A stretch of 63,951 nt of DNA, filler included, from Reclinomonas americana ATCC 50394 (lineage: Eukaryota): NCBI GenBank assembly GCA_048213135.1. It is 12 parts of 10 records of this genome, joined end to end, with 100 filler letters (N's around TTAATTAATTAA, not from the genome) between each part and the next. Parts side by side here need not be neighbours in the genome. Positions count along the whole stretch, not along the records: positions 62,103 to 63,951 come from AFZH01016658.1; 11 more parts are not named here. One strand, given 5' to 3'. The position numbers and the translations under genes were made by a program. Positions 63,224 through 63,951 of the stretch are shown here, in pieces. Under the pieces are notes generated by a model, which did no database searches, was not told the DNA's origin, and saw nothing but the letters and a program-made list of their open reading frames with translations. The stretch's first letter is position 1, and the number at the start of each line of letters is the position of its first letter.

Positions 63224-63717
63224 GAGCAGGAGTGAGTGGATGATTGTGGCAGTCGTGGACTCTGGACAAGAGGACACTTGACGCGCGTCTATTATTGTTC
63301 TTGCAACTGCAGGCGATGCCGGTTCTGGTGTTGAACCTCGGTGGCAAAGATGTTGTGCATTCTCGATCAGAGGCTTCGCTCGTGATCGACGGGGAGTGGA
63401 GGATGATTGTGGACACGTGCACGTGCACTGGACAATTGCACGAGGACACTCTTTTTTTGTTCTTGCAAGAATGGTGTCTCTGCAGGCGATGCCGTTCTTG
63501 GTGCTCGACCTCGATGGCAAGATGCTGCACATTCTCGATCAGAGGCTTCGCTCACGATTGACGGATGATTGTGGACAGTTGTGGCTCCGGACAAGAGGAC
63601 ACTCGACGCGCGGCTTTTTTTTTTGTTCTTTTTGCAAGAAATGGCGTCTCTCCAGGCGATGCCGTTCTTGGTGCTCAACCTCGGTGGCGAGATGTTGTAC
63701 ATTCTCGATCAGAGGCT
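63209..63717. repeat. Three degenerate tandem copies (160-172 bp) of the bidirectional promoter plus the first codons of both flanking genes
   Basis: Units start with AGAGGCT at 63209, 63369 and 63541 and end at 63711-63717. Confidence 0.9.
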
Positions 63718-63755
63718 GCATGCGCAACAGATCCCCGTCGAGAAGGCTCACAGAG
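63641..63755 (+). CDS. OSCP1: OSCP1 (organic solute carrier partner 1), exon 1; gene runs out of the window
   Basis: MASLQAMPFLVLNLGGEMLYILDQRLHAQQIPVEKAHR, then a GT donor; NLGGEMLYILDQRL is the OSCP1 N-terminal signature. Confidence 0.92.
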
Positions 63756-63919
63756 GTGCATGTCGCGCGCGCGCAACGCACTCACTGACTCACTCACCAG
63801 CTCAGAGAGACAGACGCACACTGCGCTCCTCTCCTCACTCTGCTCTCTCTCTTTCTTCCTCTTTCACTCACTCTTTCGCACACTTTTTACACACTTTCTC
63901 TCACTTGTCTCCACTCGTT

Positions 63920-63951
<32 letters not shown>

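Overview
Eukaryotic nuclear DNA from a gene-dense, very intron-rich, GC-rich protist, probably flagellated; the species cannot be determined from the sequence. It is a draft scaffold with one sized N gap and eleven 100-bp N44-TTAATTAATTAA-N44 placeholders. The ORF track is mostly misleading because the genes are broken by ~50-100 nt introns, so the models below were spliced by hand. About 20 genes, in order: two tandem ENT nucleoside transporters, a type-I surface protein, GH125 mannosidase, a Cys-rich repeat protein, a bacterial-type SprT metalloprotease, RRG7-like nuclease, a giant FN3 surface receptor, two head-to-head VIT-vWA genes, a PTS2-bearing ALDH, a small mitochondrial-type MscS, two coiled-coil proteins, an ATP-grasp-like protein, TFIIH p62, a RapZ-C/WWE protein, a hypothetical protein, a C39-like peptidase and the start of OSCP1. 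Strongest leads: (1) an apparent lipid-anchored VIT-vWA protein fused in frame to an intact leukotriene-A4-hydrolase-type M1 aminopeptidase; (2) a major class of 5' splice sites shifted by one base (GTTGCG, GTTACG, GTTGAG), plus GC-AG introns and 8-12 nt micro-exons; (3) a compositionally foreign, phage-structural-protein-like module inside the FN3 receptor; (4) a RapZ-C (CX5R) + WWE fusion; (5) a microhomology-bounded triplication of a bidirectional promoter. Domain calls come from motif recognition, not database searches.
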